DNA of 64,000 nucleotides, taken from NCBI GenBank assembly GCA_964247055.1, contig OZ176050.1, positions 10,416,001-10,480,000 of the forward strand, in the 5' to 3' direction. The translations under genes and the position numbers were made by a program. Below the pieces are notes generated by a model, which saw only the letters and a list, made by a program, of their open reading frames with translations, did not search any database and was not told the origin of the DNA. The stretch is from Paragordius varius. Taxonomy: Eukaryota; Animalia; Nematomorpha. Shown in pieces: positions 28,301-40,960 of this stretch. Each line of letters starts with the position of its first letter. Position 1 is the first letter of the stretch.

Positions 28301-28345
28301 ATGGAATTGAAAGATCTTAATATAAAATTTAATGAACCTGATTAA
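25330..28345 (+). CDS. Divergent WD40/beta-propeller-like orphan protein, about 316 aa, 4 exons
   Basis: Exons 25330-25498, 25527-25693, 25719-26059, 28072-28345 (introns 28, 25 and 2012 nt) join in phase. The last junction gives a WD-like repeat, NTLKIYDILLKK|FVSAYETKDVMLDIFVPTSGNSIFIN. The sequence is rich in aromatic beta-strand-like segments. Confidence 0.55.
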
Positions 28346-30151
28346 TTAAAACTTATATGTTTAATAAAATAAATTCACTTCATTAATCAATTTAATAAAA
28401 AAATGTATTCCCAAACCATTTATTACCTTACAAAGGGTGAACTGTGAACGATAATAAATAAGAGTTAAAATATAAAACAGTTTGTGAATAATGCATTTTT
28501 GGCAAAGTGACCAGATAGGCTGTTTTTCGCAGTACAGTACTGGATTTTCAGAAAAAGCTGCGATTGTACTGCGCTCACTTTTGTACTGCTTTTTGAAATT
28601 TAAAAAAATAATTACTTATGAATATATATTAATTACCTTTTTTCAAAAAAATTATTTTATTGATATAGTATCCTCTGTAAAAATAAACCCATAATTTGTA
28701 AACATATTGTTCATTTTGAAGTAAAAAACTAAGATTAGCCTATTTTTAATTGGTTAATATTTTGTTTTTTGCTCGAATTATACATAAAATTGGATTTTAA
28801 ATCAGTCAAACCTTATAATTGAGCCTTTACATTGGCGAAACTATAAATCTCGGACTCCACCGTAAGATTCAGGCTAATGGCTCTTTCACTCAGGGCTTCC
28901 CCAAATAAAAGTGTCTCAAAATTTAAAATTAACAAAATTAATTTATGATATTGTAATAAATGTTTGATCAAGGTTAGAATCATTTTTTGTTAAAATTATC
29001 AAACGGAAATTATATAAATTGTTATCTCCGTAACTATTATTTAAAATTTATCATTATGGCATATGCTTTTGAAATAACCTTTTTTTTTCGTAAATATTAA
29101 GAGAGTTACGTTTTCTATTCTCATTAGGTGTGAGGTATGTTAATTTTTTTCCTAAACTTTATTTTTATTAATTGAGTGGGTAACGACGAGAGTTTGTAAT
29201 GGTTGCGTTATTTTACGACGATTCTAACATCATTTATGTTTATTAGTTTTCTTATTTTTTGCAACAAATTCGAGATGTTTTGTTGAATAGTTATAACAAT
29301 TTCGAAGCATAGACATAATTCGCTTTAAGATATAATAAAATCCTATTTCTAAATAATTCGATGTTGAACATAAAGTTTTAATTTAAAGGTTTGTTTGCTT
29401 GCAAATTTTGGTGAATTTTCGTAAAAAAACACCATTTTAATTTAACCTAAATTTGAAAACGAACGAATTAATTAAAATTTTGATTGAGAAATTAGCATTC
29501 GAATTATATATAAAAATGTTAGAATAACCGTTTATATCGTTTCCATCATGCTGAAATTAGTATGAAGTATGATGCATCAACAAAGTTTGCTAAAAATCCA
29601 ATTTTTGAAAGTATGCATTTTTTAAAAAAATATATATAGTTGATATCAAAATTTAGCATATATTTGAAACTATTGCATAATCTCGGAATTTTTGCGAATA
29701 TTTTAAGAGAGCAGTAGTTTTAAAAGACCAAAAATTTGGGACTTTCAGAGCCCACATCTAAAAACTTAAACCAAAAGCACCATGATAATCCCGATATTTT
29801 CCTATCAGAGTATATATATTTCATCTGGAAGTTTTTTTGTGGAAACTGTGTTATATACCACACCTATGGTGTAGAGACAGGCAAAGATTTAATTTTGTAC
29901 TGCGTTCATGTTTAAAATATATGGTCACATTAATTTTTGCCTAAATATATAATAATATTAGATGACATATATTTTGTGTGAACATATAAGTATCGTTTAG
30001 TTAATTGTTGATTTTTGAAAAAAATGGAATTCGTGCAAAAATTTCATAAGAAAGATCCAATATAATCTATCTATACATTTATAGTTCAAGCATTTATTCT
30101 CAATTATTTTTATTTTATTCAAAAATCACCTGTAGAATGTAATTCAATAAT

Positions 30152-30832
30152 TTACCATTTTTTATACTGAACAAAATTGGAACTAAGTATCTCCAAACTC
30201 TTTTTAAGATAAAGCTTATTTTTGAAAGCGTTTTCAAATTCTTTGCGCGAAATGAAATTATCTTCATTCTTATCGAATGTGCGAAATACCCGCTCCACCT
30301 GGAAAACAATATTAGTTTCACTGTATTCTTTGTAAAAACCTTTCGAAGGTTTTACAATATTTTCGTTTGAACAATCTTTTTTATTGGAATTCGTGCTAAT
30401 TAATTCATAAAGAATTTTGATAAGTTCACTCATTTCCTTGCGGCTTATAACTTTGTCATGATCTAAATCATAAAAATCAAAGAGCCAATCTATTTTGCTA
30501 TCAGTATCCCCGTATACCACTTTATGCATATAGGATTGGAATTGATAGAATATATTTAATCTTTTATCGACATTCATACTTTGTCTATCAACCGAACAAC
30601 TTTTATGTTTAAATGCCTGTCTTTTAATGTAATGGGAAATTGGTTGAGCGGTGTTTTGATCTTTATAAGTAAAATTGGTATTTTTACCTGTGCCTAGCTG
30701 GAGAGAATTGCAGAAATTTTCATAAATTTTAGCAGAAAAGGCGTCAGCATTTCCAGTCGGGTAGAATAATCGAAATATATCTGTAATTAATGTGGCAGGC
30801 AATGTTTCCCCACCATTTTTAGAATTATTCAT
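30152..30832 (-). CDS. Neuronal calcium sensor (NCS/recoverin/KChIP) family EF-hand protein, intronless ORF, 226 aa
   Basis: LFYPTGNADAFSAKIY, KIDWLFDFYDLDHDKVISRKEM (EF3) and VERVFRTFDKNEDNFISRKEF (EF4) match the NCS architecture. An in-frame TAA immediately precedes the ATG. Confidence 0.85.
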   Translation of the reverse strand: MNNSKNGGETLPATLITDIFRLFYPTGNADAFSAKIYENFCNSLQLGTGKNTNFTYKDQNTAQPISHYIKRQAFKHKSCSVDRQSMNVDKRLNIFYQFQSYMHKVVYGDTDSKIDWLFDFYDLDHDKVISRKEMSELIKILYELISTNSNKKDCSNENIVKPSKGFYKEYSETNIVFQVERVFRTFDKNEDNFISRKEFENAFKNKLYLKKSLEILSSNFVQYKKW

Positions 30833-31149
30833 TTAGCTTAAATATTACAATGATAAATAAATAATATATTTGATTTGAAAATCGTTATCCAAAAAAATTT
30901 TATATTTTATCGATTTCTAATTATAAATAATTTATGATTTGTAATCGCATTTGCATGAGTAGATTGTGGTATCTGATCAAATCGTATTATGTTATGTTGT
31001 CGCATACAATTTAAAATATTTTTCAACCGTTGTTAATTTGGTCACAGTTTTCACCATAATAAAAATTTAAATGGCGAGACATTTTTAAATTCACAAAACT
31101 AAGATGTTGAATATAATTTAACTTACTGTTATAATTACAATTATAAAAA

Positions 31150-32780
31150 TAGCTTCTCAAAAGTAACAACGCCGCCCGTGTTATAGTCGATAATGTGAAT
31201 ATGTTACGGCTGAAATATTGCCATATTTAGAAAATGAAAGAATTAAGACTTCTTGACCAAAACGGTTTCAATTTGTACCAGCCTTTTTAAGCATCAGTAA
31301 ACGGTCAGAACTAATTAGGAGTCCACGCTTTGGAAAAACTGATATATTTTATTTATATCAAGATGGCTAAATCAAATATTCCAAATATTTTAAAATACTG
31401 AAAATTTTTTTATAAAATTATGAATTGATTTTACATTTGTAATTCTCAACATTACCGTTTTTTATACCAGATGTTTAGTACCTCAATATTAGGTGTAATT
31501 AATCTCTAGATTTAAAAATATGGAATAAGGATTTGGACATTTACCTACCTTGTTAAAAAATATTTATATTTTAAAAAGTTATGAATGATCCAAGATTTTT
31601 TTTAATGAAAATAATCAAACCCCATCTACAAAAATGATATCAACATGCTTATTTTTAAACAGGTAAAATAAAATATATTTTTACTTGTTCTCAAATGATT
31701 TTTATAGTTTTGGCAATGTTCATCAGCTCATTCCTTCTCTTACAACACACCTATAATTCTATTATCCAATTTCTTAAGTTGATTAAAATAATATCTATTG
31801 ATAGGCAGTATATTAATCTTCCTTCGCCATTAGAAATGACGGCCTTTTTTACCATACACATATTTTTATAAACTAATTGTTCCACCATTGAACGAATCGC
31901 CAAATAGTAAAAAATTAAATATTGGCAAAGAATTTTTTCATTTTAAATAGAAAATGTAAAAATCCAAATTGATCATGTTTATTTTATAATATAACTAGTA
32001 ATTAATTAGGACAATCACGATCTGACCACAAAACCAAAATTTAATTATTATGATAAATTATCAGGAAAAACAATTTGTTAATAGTTAATATTAGAGCTAA
32101 GTGGAAAAAATTTTGATCATGCAAAATATAATAAGCCTTAATTAGAGATATGCACTTTGTAAGATTTAAGGACTAGTAATATTCATAAAAAATTTCTAAA
32201 AATTAATTCTTATAATCTTGCCTCCAAATTAAAAACAAATAAAATTATATTATAAAAAATAAAATTAATTAACTTTATAAAAAATTTAGTTATGAATTGG
32301 TTGCAATTTTTTACTGTTATAAATTTAAAATCAGCCGTTGTTTTAATTTCATTATGGCTATTCAAGAACAGACTAACTATGTAGCTTTATGAGTCATTTC
32401 TTCTACTTATATCCAACGGACCGCACATAAAAACATGGTAATAAATTAATTGGTTATTTCACATACAAATTTGTTAGATAAAAATATAATTTATTTTTAT
32501 TATTTTTGGCTCAGACGGCTCTATATTACCCAGAAAAGTTAGTAGGAAAATCATAAACTAAAGAAGACATGGTTTTTACTTTTCACATGGCCTTGTAAAA
32601 ATTTTATGCATAATAGATGTTTTGTAAAACATCCAAAACTGGTCTCTACTGTCAGTTTACCACGTGTACGTAGCAGGACTTCTTAGTCCTGCCATTGAAC
32701 GATTATATCTAAAAAATTAGGACCTTGGTATATCTCAAAAGATGATGATTAGCATAAGCTAATAAGTTGATTATTCAAAA
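31150..32780. pseudogene. Patches of decayed coding-like sequence, unassigned
   Basis: Locally higher-GC, protein-like frames with internal stops (e.g. + strand VTAEILPYLENERIKTS*PKRFQFVPAFLSISKRSEL...). No consistent spliced model was found. Confidence 0.2.
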
Positions 32781-33325
32781 TTAAAAAAATATATCATTTA
32801 CAATTAAAATTTACCCAACACAAATTCACCGTTGTACAATCGAAAATACTTTCATTAAGAATAAAAATAACATATCTTTTTATATATTTTTAAAAAATGA
32901 TATTTTGTTTAAAATTTAAATAATTCTCTAAAAATAATAAACTATTTGAAAATATATTTTATATTAAAAATGAGTTATATTAGTTCGAAAACACATAATT
33001 GTTTGTTAGAGAGAGTTCGAATTGTTCAAGGGTAAATTTAAACTGTGAATGAGACCGAATCGTGACTGCGGTATAAGTGGAATACAGAACGCTTTTTGTC
33101 TAATATATACTAAAATTATATACATATTATATATTTACTATATATAATGTATTTTTACAAAATAATTCTTCATATTTAATATAGTGGGTTACAGCGACGC
33201 GCGACATGTCCAGGTAGTTTTCAAATTTTCGTAAAAATTTTTATGAAATTTATTCAAGTTATTAACCATTATCCAACAAAGTAGAATCACAAATTTTTTT
33301 ACTTTGTTATAATAGTAGGCATAAA

Positions 33326-33716
33326 TCACCATTTCGCTCTGCAAAATCCACTTATCATATTGTGATCTGCCAAATCCCTAAAACAAAATCGGCTCAGTTT
33401 GAATCTAGAGTACAAACCGCGAGGACGAGAAGTAAATACACATCGGTTACGAATGCGAATATATGATGAATCTCTTGGTAGCATTTTTACTTCTTCGCGA
33501 GCGATATCCTATGATCAAAAACTAAGTACTTTAAGAGCATCTGGTATTAAATTGTTTTTTAATAAAACAGTTAGTTGATTTCGTTCAACAAAATGTTTTT
33601 CCATCAATGCTCTTCGCTTTACATCTCTTAACATTTTACAATTGGCCCAATTGAATCTTTTGAATGTTACAACCTAAAATTAAATTTTATTATACATTTG
33701 ATAAAGTTTTCAACAT
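33326..33716 (-). CDS. MRPS14: Mitochondrial ribosomal protein S14 (uS14m), 115 aa, 3 exons
   Basis: Exons 33696-33716, 33530-33673, 33326-33508; introns 22 and 21 nt. Spliced protein MLKTLSN|[21 protein letters not shown]...PDALK|[31 protein letters not shown]...[23 protein letters not shown] matches the MRPS14 signature. Confidence 0.93.
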
Positions 33717-34486
33717 TTTTCAGCTGTCATTATGAATGATGAGCTAACGCCTTAACACTTCTTTTCCTTTCAATGCAATTTTTTCTCCTAGAGCTTACAG
33801 AAGTACACTAACTACTGTTTTTAAGGTTGTTTTGGTTTATCATCAAACCCTCTCTCTTGTAAAAAACTTAGAATTTTACAGATTTGTAACTTCTATAGTC
33901 CCTGATTCGGATAGCTCCGAAACACAATTGAAGCAAACAGTTCATATAAAAATTTATATATATGAAAGTATGCTGGTAAATTGCAATTTTTAGGCTTTCT
34001 AAAATTAATCCTTTATTTTAACCATAATAATATTTTTTGCCTGTTGTATTAGCGAGTTATATATAATGTATATGGCGGCAAAAAAATTTGAAATATGGAT
34101 AAAAAAAAATGTGTATCATGCGGCTAAAAATAAAAAAGTTTTAAATTTCGCCCAATGCTCTAAATTGTTTTATGGATATTTTTAAATGGCCCTGGGGTGT
34201 ATAATACTATCTGAAAGATCATGAGTTATAAAAAACAATATAATAAACCACTTAGCTATAATTAGTAAGGTTTGAGCTTAAATTTTCAGAAATTTAACCC
34301 ATTCTCGATCAACAAAGTATTTTTAACATCTGGCGATGGCTGAATACTCGCATTTTAGGGGTAATTGCTTTATACCATGAACTATAACTCCAATGCCATT
34401 GTTTTTCGCTTGCTGAAGTCTTCAGGGGTTATACACATGCGGTGGAGATATCTGATAATTCAAAAGGGCTCGGATACAGTCTATGC

Positions 34487-36529
34487 CAGTGGTACTCACG
34501 AAAAAAATTTGACGGGCCAAATAAAATACATATTATTTTCGAGGGCCAGAATCTTATTATAGCAAATATTCCATAGCTATTTGACACATATGCACATATT
34601 TATGATTTAAATCAGCACAATTAATTTTTGCGGATCGCATGTAAATCTAAAAACTCGTTTTCCACCATTTAGTTTAAAAAATTAAATATTTTGATAACAA
34701 CATTTATTTTTATAACCAATAATTTTTGACAAATTTGGTTTCGCATCATGACCGACCAATCTTAATACGTCGTCCATATAATTATCGGTTAAGCAATTTC
34801 TGTATCTATTCTTGAGATACCTTATTTTTGAATATGCTGTCCACGGGTAACTTGAATGAAAAACAGTTAGGATAACTTAAGCCTATTTTTTCATATATTC
34901 ATTTGGCACATATTGCCAAAACCATACATATCTTCCTTCCCTTCGGTTCTCCTTATAAATAGCCTCCGAATCGGAATCATTTTTAATATCTACGAATTCT
35001 TCAATGATATGCGCCTGATCAAAACCGAGATGCTCAAGTTGCTTAATATTGGATATATCCATACCATGGATTTTCCACGAGTTTTGAGCAATTTTTAATA
35101 TTTCTTAGTTCTTCAAATCTAAATTTCATTTCATTAGATAAAAATGCTAAATGATTGTCTATTTTAAGTGTTGGAAAATATAGGAGTGTTTTATTTATAA
35201 AATCTTGTTTATATATTATTAATTTTTCTTCAAAAGCAAATATTTGATTAGCAAATTGGGTTATTATTTTGCTCCCTGAAAACTTGTATTATGACTAAGT
35301 CTATAAGTAAATGTCGCAAAGGTAGGCTAATAAAACCCACCATTGGTCACTATTAATTTCCTCGTCAAACTTTCTGTTATCTTTTGTAAATACAATCTCA
35401 TGTCTTAAAACAAAAAATCTATTTAATATTAATACTTTTCTAAGGCTAGCCACCTCAGCGGTGTACAAAAGAATATCATCAAACTCACTGTGGATATCTT
35501 TCAGAAGGTTTAGAATTTACGGTTGTTAAATTCTCTCGGATGTGGTTAACTATATCCACAACCGTTTTAATTACTGAATTGAGTGATCCATCTTTTCACG
35601 CGAAACCAAGTTTTTGTTGAGTAAATATTTTTTAAATTATATTTGATTTTCAAAAGAGGAAAAAATCCTTCCAGCCATCAGATCGAAACCAATTTTTTTC
35701 ATAGATAGACCATTATTATCGAAAATGCTACCACTTAATAGACAATTAGTTGGGAATCAGTAAACGGTTTCATATTTTTTTCTAAAATATAACAAATTTC
35801 ATACGAAGCTAATGTTACAGCTTTTCCTAGGAGAAAGCTATAAAAATAATATTTTTTTCATTTCTTTTTTCATGATTTTCTGGTAATTTATGAGAATGTT
35901 GGATTGTAAAATGTTTTTCAATATTGTATTTTTTTATATAATGTTGTCCTTGCATATAAGGCAGGTATCAACATTTTTAAAAACGACAAATAATTTTCTT
36001 CCTATTCCTTTTTAAAGAGCGATTTTTATCGGATAACTTACTTTTTTAGTATTAGATGTCATCCTTTGAATTTATGTTTAAATTTTATGATTTAACAAAA
36101 AATAGGAATATAATTTATATTATGTTATAAAAAATAAGTAAAAATTAAAATGTTGATTTGAAAAATATTTTATGGGAGTAATAAAAAATGATGCAGGATA
36201 GCAGTGAAAAGAATATGTATATGCAAGTTTGGGTAAGGCTTGCTTAAATGCAAGAAAGGAGTAAAATAAAATACAGAAACAGAAACAACGCGTTCCAAAA
36301 TTTTGAATCATTTTATGTAGGGAAGTTTTTCTACCAAATTGGGTAAAGAATGGAAATTACGAAATAGAACTAAAGAAAATAAATTCATATAAAAATAAGC
36401 GAAAATTCGTTTATGTGTATTTCAAAAATTCATCAATAAAAAAATAATTTAAGAATCAATATGGTCATAGGGCAATTTTAAAGCACTCTTAGGGCCGCAT
36501 GCGGCCCGCGGGCCGCGGTTTGATCACTG
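34487..36529 (-). mobile_element. Decayed hAT (Charlie/SPIN-like) transposon, copy 1, 2043 bp
   Basis: Ends CAGTG...CACTG with subterminal GGGCCGCATGCGGCCCGCGGGCCGCGG; degenerate 8-bp duplication GTCTATGC / TTCTATGG. Colinear with 49067-51480. Frameshifted transposase remnants on the minus strand. Confidence 0.85.
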
Positions 36530-36705
36530 TTCTATGGTAAGAAGCAATTCTTAGATTGTTGTTGAATTTATATCAGATTCAGCCACAATTTTTTTGCAAA
36601 GTCATTAACCGAGATGAGGTTAAACTCAAAAAGTTTTATTAAAAATGTGGCTAGATTATGGGCGCATTCGAGATAAAATTAATTCTAAAGGGCCCTGCTT
36701 GTTAA

Positions 36706-37911
36706 CACTCCATGACCTTTTGGGCTAGTTTTATCCCAGAGCGATTTAAATATTAAATTTCTTAAAAAACATAAGGATTATTAAGCCGAATTTGAAAATA
36801 TGCTTTCTTTAGTCTTTTAAGCGCATTGTACAAAAAAAATAAAAAATTGTAAAAAATCATCATCTCGCTTGCCGCAATTTGTTTCTATCTTTTTAAAAAA
36901 TCGATCAGGCGAATAAATATACACTGCCTCCGAAATCGGGGAGTATAAAAAATAACCGAATGATATACATATGTTCTGATAGGAAAATTTATCAAGAATA
37001 TGGTGCTTTTGGTTTTGGCCCTTACGAGTTATTTAAGTTATCTACACTTTTGCGGTAAGTGCTATATATCGGTAATTGGCAGAATTCGCGCACGATTTAT
37101 TGAGTGAAAGAGCCATCATTCAAAAAAATATCACCAAAATATATCATTAAATAGGTTTTTATTGTTCTGAAAAAGGCTAGTCCTCTAAAATTAAGGTCAA
37201 ATTCGGGATTGCGCGATATAATTATTAAATTTATGCTAAATTTTGTCAACTAAAATTTTTTTAAAAAAATGCATTAAACTTAATTTTTAGCTGAATTTTG
37301 TAGAATATCATCTTATTTTTAGACATGATGGACACGGTATAAAAACGCCTTTAGATATTGTATTTATTTTCTATATAATTGGATGAAGCTGGACTTTTTT
37401 ATCGCTTCAGAATTATATTTTAAAGGTTCATTTATTTTCATATTTTGGTGAATTTAAAATTTTATTTTTTTTTCATCATATTCTATTACTAATTTTGTTT
37501 TAATTATTTTTTATCAATATTATTTTATTTGTTATCAGTTCATGCATTGAAAAAGATTTTACAAATTGAAAATTTAGGATGTAGTTCTATTTAATAAATT
37601 TTACCTGATTTCTATTTCATATTTTAGCATAAAATATTCGTTTTCGAATGATATGATGTAATATCAGCAAATTAATAATAAATTTATTAATGAATTTTCG
37701 TTAGATTCCTCTAACTTCTTCGGATCAACATAAGGATACAAAATTGACAATATAAATAAGCTTTTTCGTTTAATACATGAGAAAAAAGTTTGATGATTAA
37801 ATTTAGGCTGAAAAATCTTTTGAAACAGTAGTTTATTTAAAAATTGAGTTAACGATATAAAAATACCTGATTATGTCAACTAGGGCAATATAATAAAAAG
37901 GTCATGAAAGG
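36706..37911. mobile_element. Non-autonomous piggyBac-type element, 1206 bp
   Basis: TTAA|CACTCCATGACCTTTT ... AAAAGGTCATGAAAGG|TTAA: TTAA on both flanks and 16-bp imperfect inverted termini; no ORF. Confidence 0.75.
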
Positions 37912-38538
37912 TTAAAAGCCATTTATAGGTCCGCTGACACAAAGAGACTAATTTTTTAAAAAAGGCTGGACTATTTATAAGTGCCTTCATATATAAAAAA
38001 TATTTCTTATTGAATATAATGGGCTTATTTAGATTGCTACAAAATTAATCTTTACATTTTTATTTAATATAACGCTTCGTTATAAATTGGGGGTAACTAA
38101 CGACCACAGACCATATTATTGATATATGTTAAAAACTGCTGAAAGGGTTCCAAAATAAAATTCATGCTTAATACCTGATGAAAATTATATAAATAAACCA
38201 AAATATTTTATAAATAAACAACCATATCAAACTACTTCGAGCCATTTTTATTTTTCAGCATTTTTGAAAATATTGAATTTATTTGATTCTAACGCTAAAA
38301 AGTTATTATACTATTAACACTTCTTTACCTTTTCACTTTTTGTCTAGTTTACATTTTGGGTTGTGTTAAGTCCCGGAGCTTAATATTGTAAAATAACTAC
38401 AGTTTTGAAAATTGTTATAGATTAATGAGTGTTTAAATCATCTACACTGATATTATAAACCGAAAAACTGGTATGTTTTACTTTATTTTTAATTTAATTA
38501 ATTTTACATTCATGTTAATCCATAAAATAAGTAATATA

Positions 38539-40087
38539 CCATTTTTCATGCAAAAACATCATTTTTTCAAGCAAACGCACCATTTTTTCAAGCAAAGGCA
38601 ACAATTTTTCAAGCAAATGCAACATTTTTTCAAGCAAAGACAACATTTTTTCAAGCAAACGCAACATTTTTTCAAGCAAACGCAACATTTTTTCAACCAA
38701 ATGCAACATTTTTTCAACCAAATACAACATTTTTTCATCCAAACGCAACATTTTTTCAACCAAAGACAACATTTTTTCAAGCAAAAACAACACTTTTTTT
38801 AATATTACAAAGAATTACTATTTATTGTTAATTATAAATTATTTATTAAATTTTAAGTTAATGTAATTTATTTTTAGCGTTGAATTATGATTTTTATCGT
38901 TTTACCATCAATATTTGATGGTAAAATTGATTTTCAAACATTTTGATTTTGCCCATAAATTGCCGTATTTATTTATATTAATTATATTTTTCTTTTACAA
39001 TTTTAGTTTCGCCTAATCAAATTTAATTTGCACTTCAAGAGTGTCTTTGAAAGTTTAAAGTTGTCTTTCACTTCAAGTTGGTCCTTTGACTTTTTTGTTT
39101 TGTTAACTTTTATTAATTAAATCGAAAATAAATTATCTATTTTATTGTTTTTAACCTATTTTCTATTATTTAACAAAAATTTTAAATCGATATCAACTTT
39201 TAATCTTTGAGAAACCGTATATTAATTTCTTAAAATAGTTTTAGATATTTATATGAGTTTTCTGCGTTATTAAAAAATTTTCACTAAAAACATTAAAAGT
39301 TAATAATTTTGTTCAAATAAAAAAATATTTTGAAACAAAAATGTTTTTCAATAAAAATTGTTATTTTTAAATGATAAATATATAATAAATAAAGAAAATT
39401 AGGTTAATAAATAATAATATTAAAAAATAAATGCAAAAATTAGGGTAAAACAAAATTTATATATTTTAAGGACCAACTTTAAGAGTTCAAAGACCAAATT
39501 GAAATGTTTAGGGACCAACTTGAAGTGTTTAAAGACACTCTTGAAGTGCAAATTAAATAATTTGATTAGGCGATATTAAATAATTTGATTAGGCGAAACT
39601 AAAATTGTAAAAGAAAAATATAATTAATATAAATAAATACGGCAATTTATGGGCAAAATCAAAATGTTTGAAAAACAATTTTACCATCAAATATTGATGG
39701 TAAAACGATAAAAATCATAATTCAACGCTAAAAATAAATTACATTAACTTAAAATTTAATAAATAATTTATAATTAACAATAAATAGTAATTCTTTGTAA
39801 TATTAAAAAAAGTGTTGTTTTTGCTTGAAAAAATGTTGTCTTTGGTTGAAAAAATGTTGCGTTTGGATGAAAAAATGTTGTATTTGGTTGAAAAAATGTT
39901 GCATTTGGTTGAAAAAATGTTGCGTTTGCTTGAAAAAATGTTGCGTTTGCTTGAAAAAATGTTGTCTTTGCTTGAAAAAATGTTGCATTTGCTTGAAAAA
40001 TTGTTGCCTTTGCTTGAAAAAATGTTGCGTTTGCTTGAAAAAATGGTGCGTTTGCTTGAAAAAATGATGTTTTTGCATGAAAAATGG
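38539..40087. mobile_element. Foldback-like DNA element, 1549 bp, with about 550-bp inverted arms carrying 21-bp tandem arrays
   Basis: TA|CCATTTTTCATGC ... GCATGAAAAATGG|TA. About 12-13 copies of AACATTTTTTCAAGCAAACGC per arm, near-identical unique arm sequence, inner roughly 20-bp repeats, and an AT-rich non-coding centre. Confidence 0.9.
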
Positions 40088-40404
40088 TATATCAATTTTT
40101 TAGTCATTTTTTTATTTTTCAGTGCATCAATCTTCTATGAATGCAAACTACAATTGTAATTCCATATTTTTTGAAATATTTCATTATAAACAGGCTTAGG
40201 GTTGCAAAAGTCCCCACTTTGAATCGAAGGATCGAAATAATGTGTTGTATCCAAATATAAGTAGAATAAAATGAGAGGCAACTATATCAGCGTGGCTGAA
40301 ACCGATACGACCGTGGAGCTATTGAAAGTCTTAATTTAACAAAATAAGTGGTAAAAATTGAAAGCTATTCTTAAATTTTACAAACAAGATGATTGAATCG
40401 CGAC

Positions 40405-40960
40405 TAGGGTTGTGCATTAAATATCATGCGATTTGGAGACTGTGAAAATAATGCTGAAACTTGCATCTCTAATAATGTAATGTTTTTTATTAAAAGATTG
40501 TTTTATACATGTTTTTATACTTATTATTTACAAATAAGATTTTGTTTACAAATGAATTTTGCCACATATTTGTAACTTTTTAAATTTTCAAATACTTAAC
40601 TTTAAATAGTGGATATTTCAAAAAAAAATTACCTAGTTTGTTTTACACTTTGGTTCACATATATGGAATATTTGCATTGCAAAGTGCTTGATTGTTTTGT
40701 TTTTCGAAATAACTAGATATGCTTAAATGCTAATATTATAACGATGTATGTTTAACAGTTTAGCTTATTTAATAATTTATATTTTTCAAAAAATATATTA
40801 AAAAACAAAATCTTACTATTTCTCTTCCAAAAAAAATTTACCAGCAATTTTTCAAAAGAACAACTGTTTTTTTAATAACCATGGTCAAAAAATAAATAGT
40901 CACTAACCTGGTCACGACCCGGTCAATTGACCGGGTCAGAACTTGGTCAGCACAACCCTA
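40405..40960. mobile_element. Non-autonomous hAT element with TAGGG termini
   Basis: TAGGGTTGTGC ... GCACAACCCTA; degenerate 8-bp duplication ATCGCGAC / GTCGGGAC; subterminal palindrome GACCCGGTCAATTGACCGGGTC. Confidence 0.7.

Noticed and set aside
32678-32700. Perfect hairpin GCAGGACT-TCTT-AGTCCTGC as a Helitron end or ncRNA
   Set aside because: There is no downstream CTRR terminus, no second copy and no recognisable RNA family.
38545-38800. 21-bp array as a CRISPR array
   Set aside because: The units are contiguous with no unique spacers, they sit in a transposon TIR, and the context is eukaryotic with no cas genes.
38473-40159. Seven track ORFs of 73-122 aa with heptad repeats (QHFFKQT, LLEKMLR, KKCCVCL)
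   Set aside because: They are by-products of the 21-bp (3n) tandem array in both arms of the foldback element, open in several frames on both strands.
40905-40950. GGTCA inverted repeat as a nuclear-receptor response element
   Set aside because: It lies in the subterminal region of a hAT element and is more simply explained as a transposase-binding repeat.
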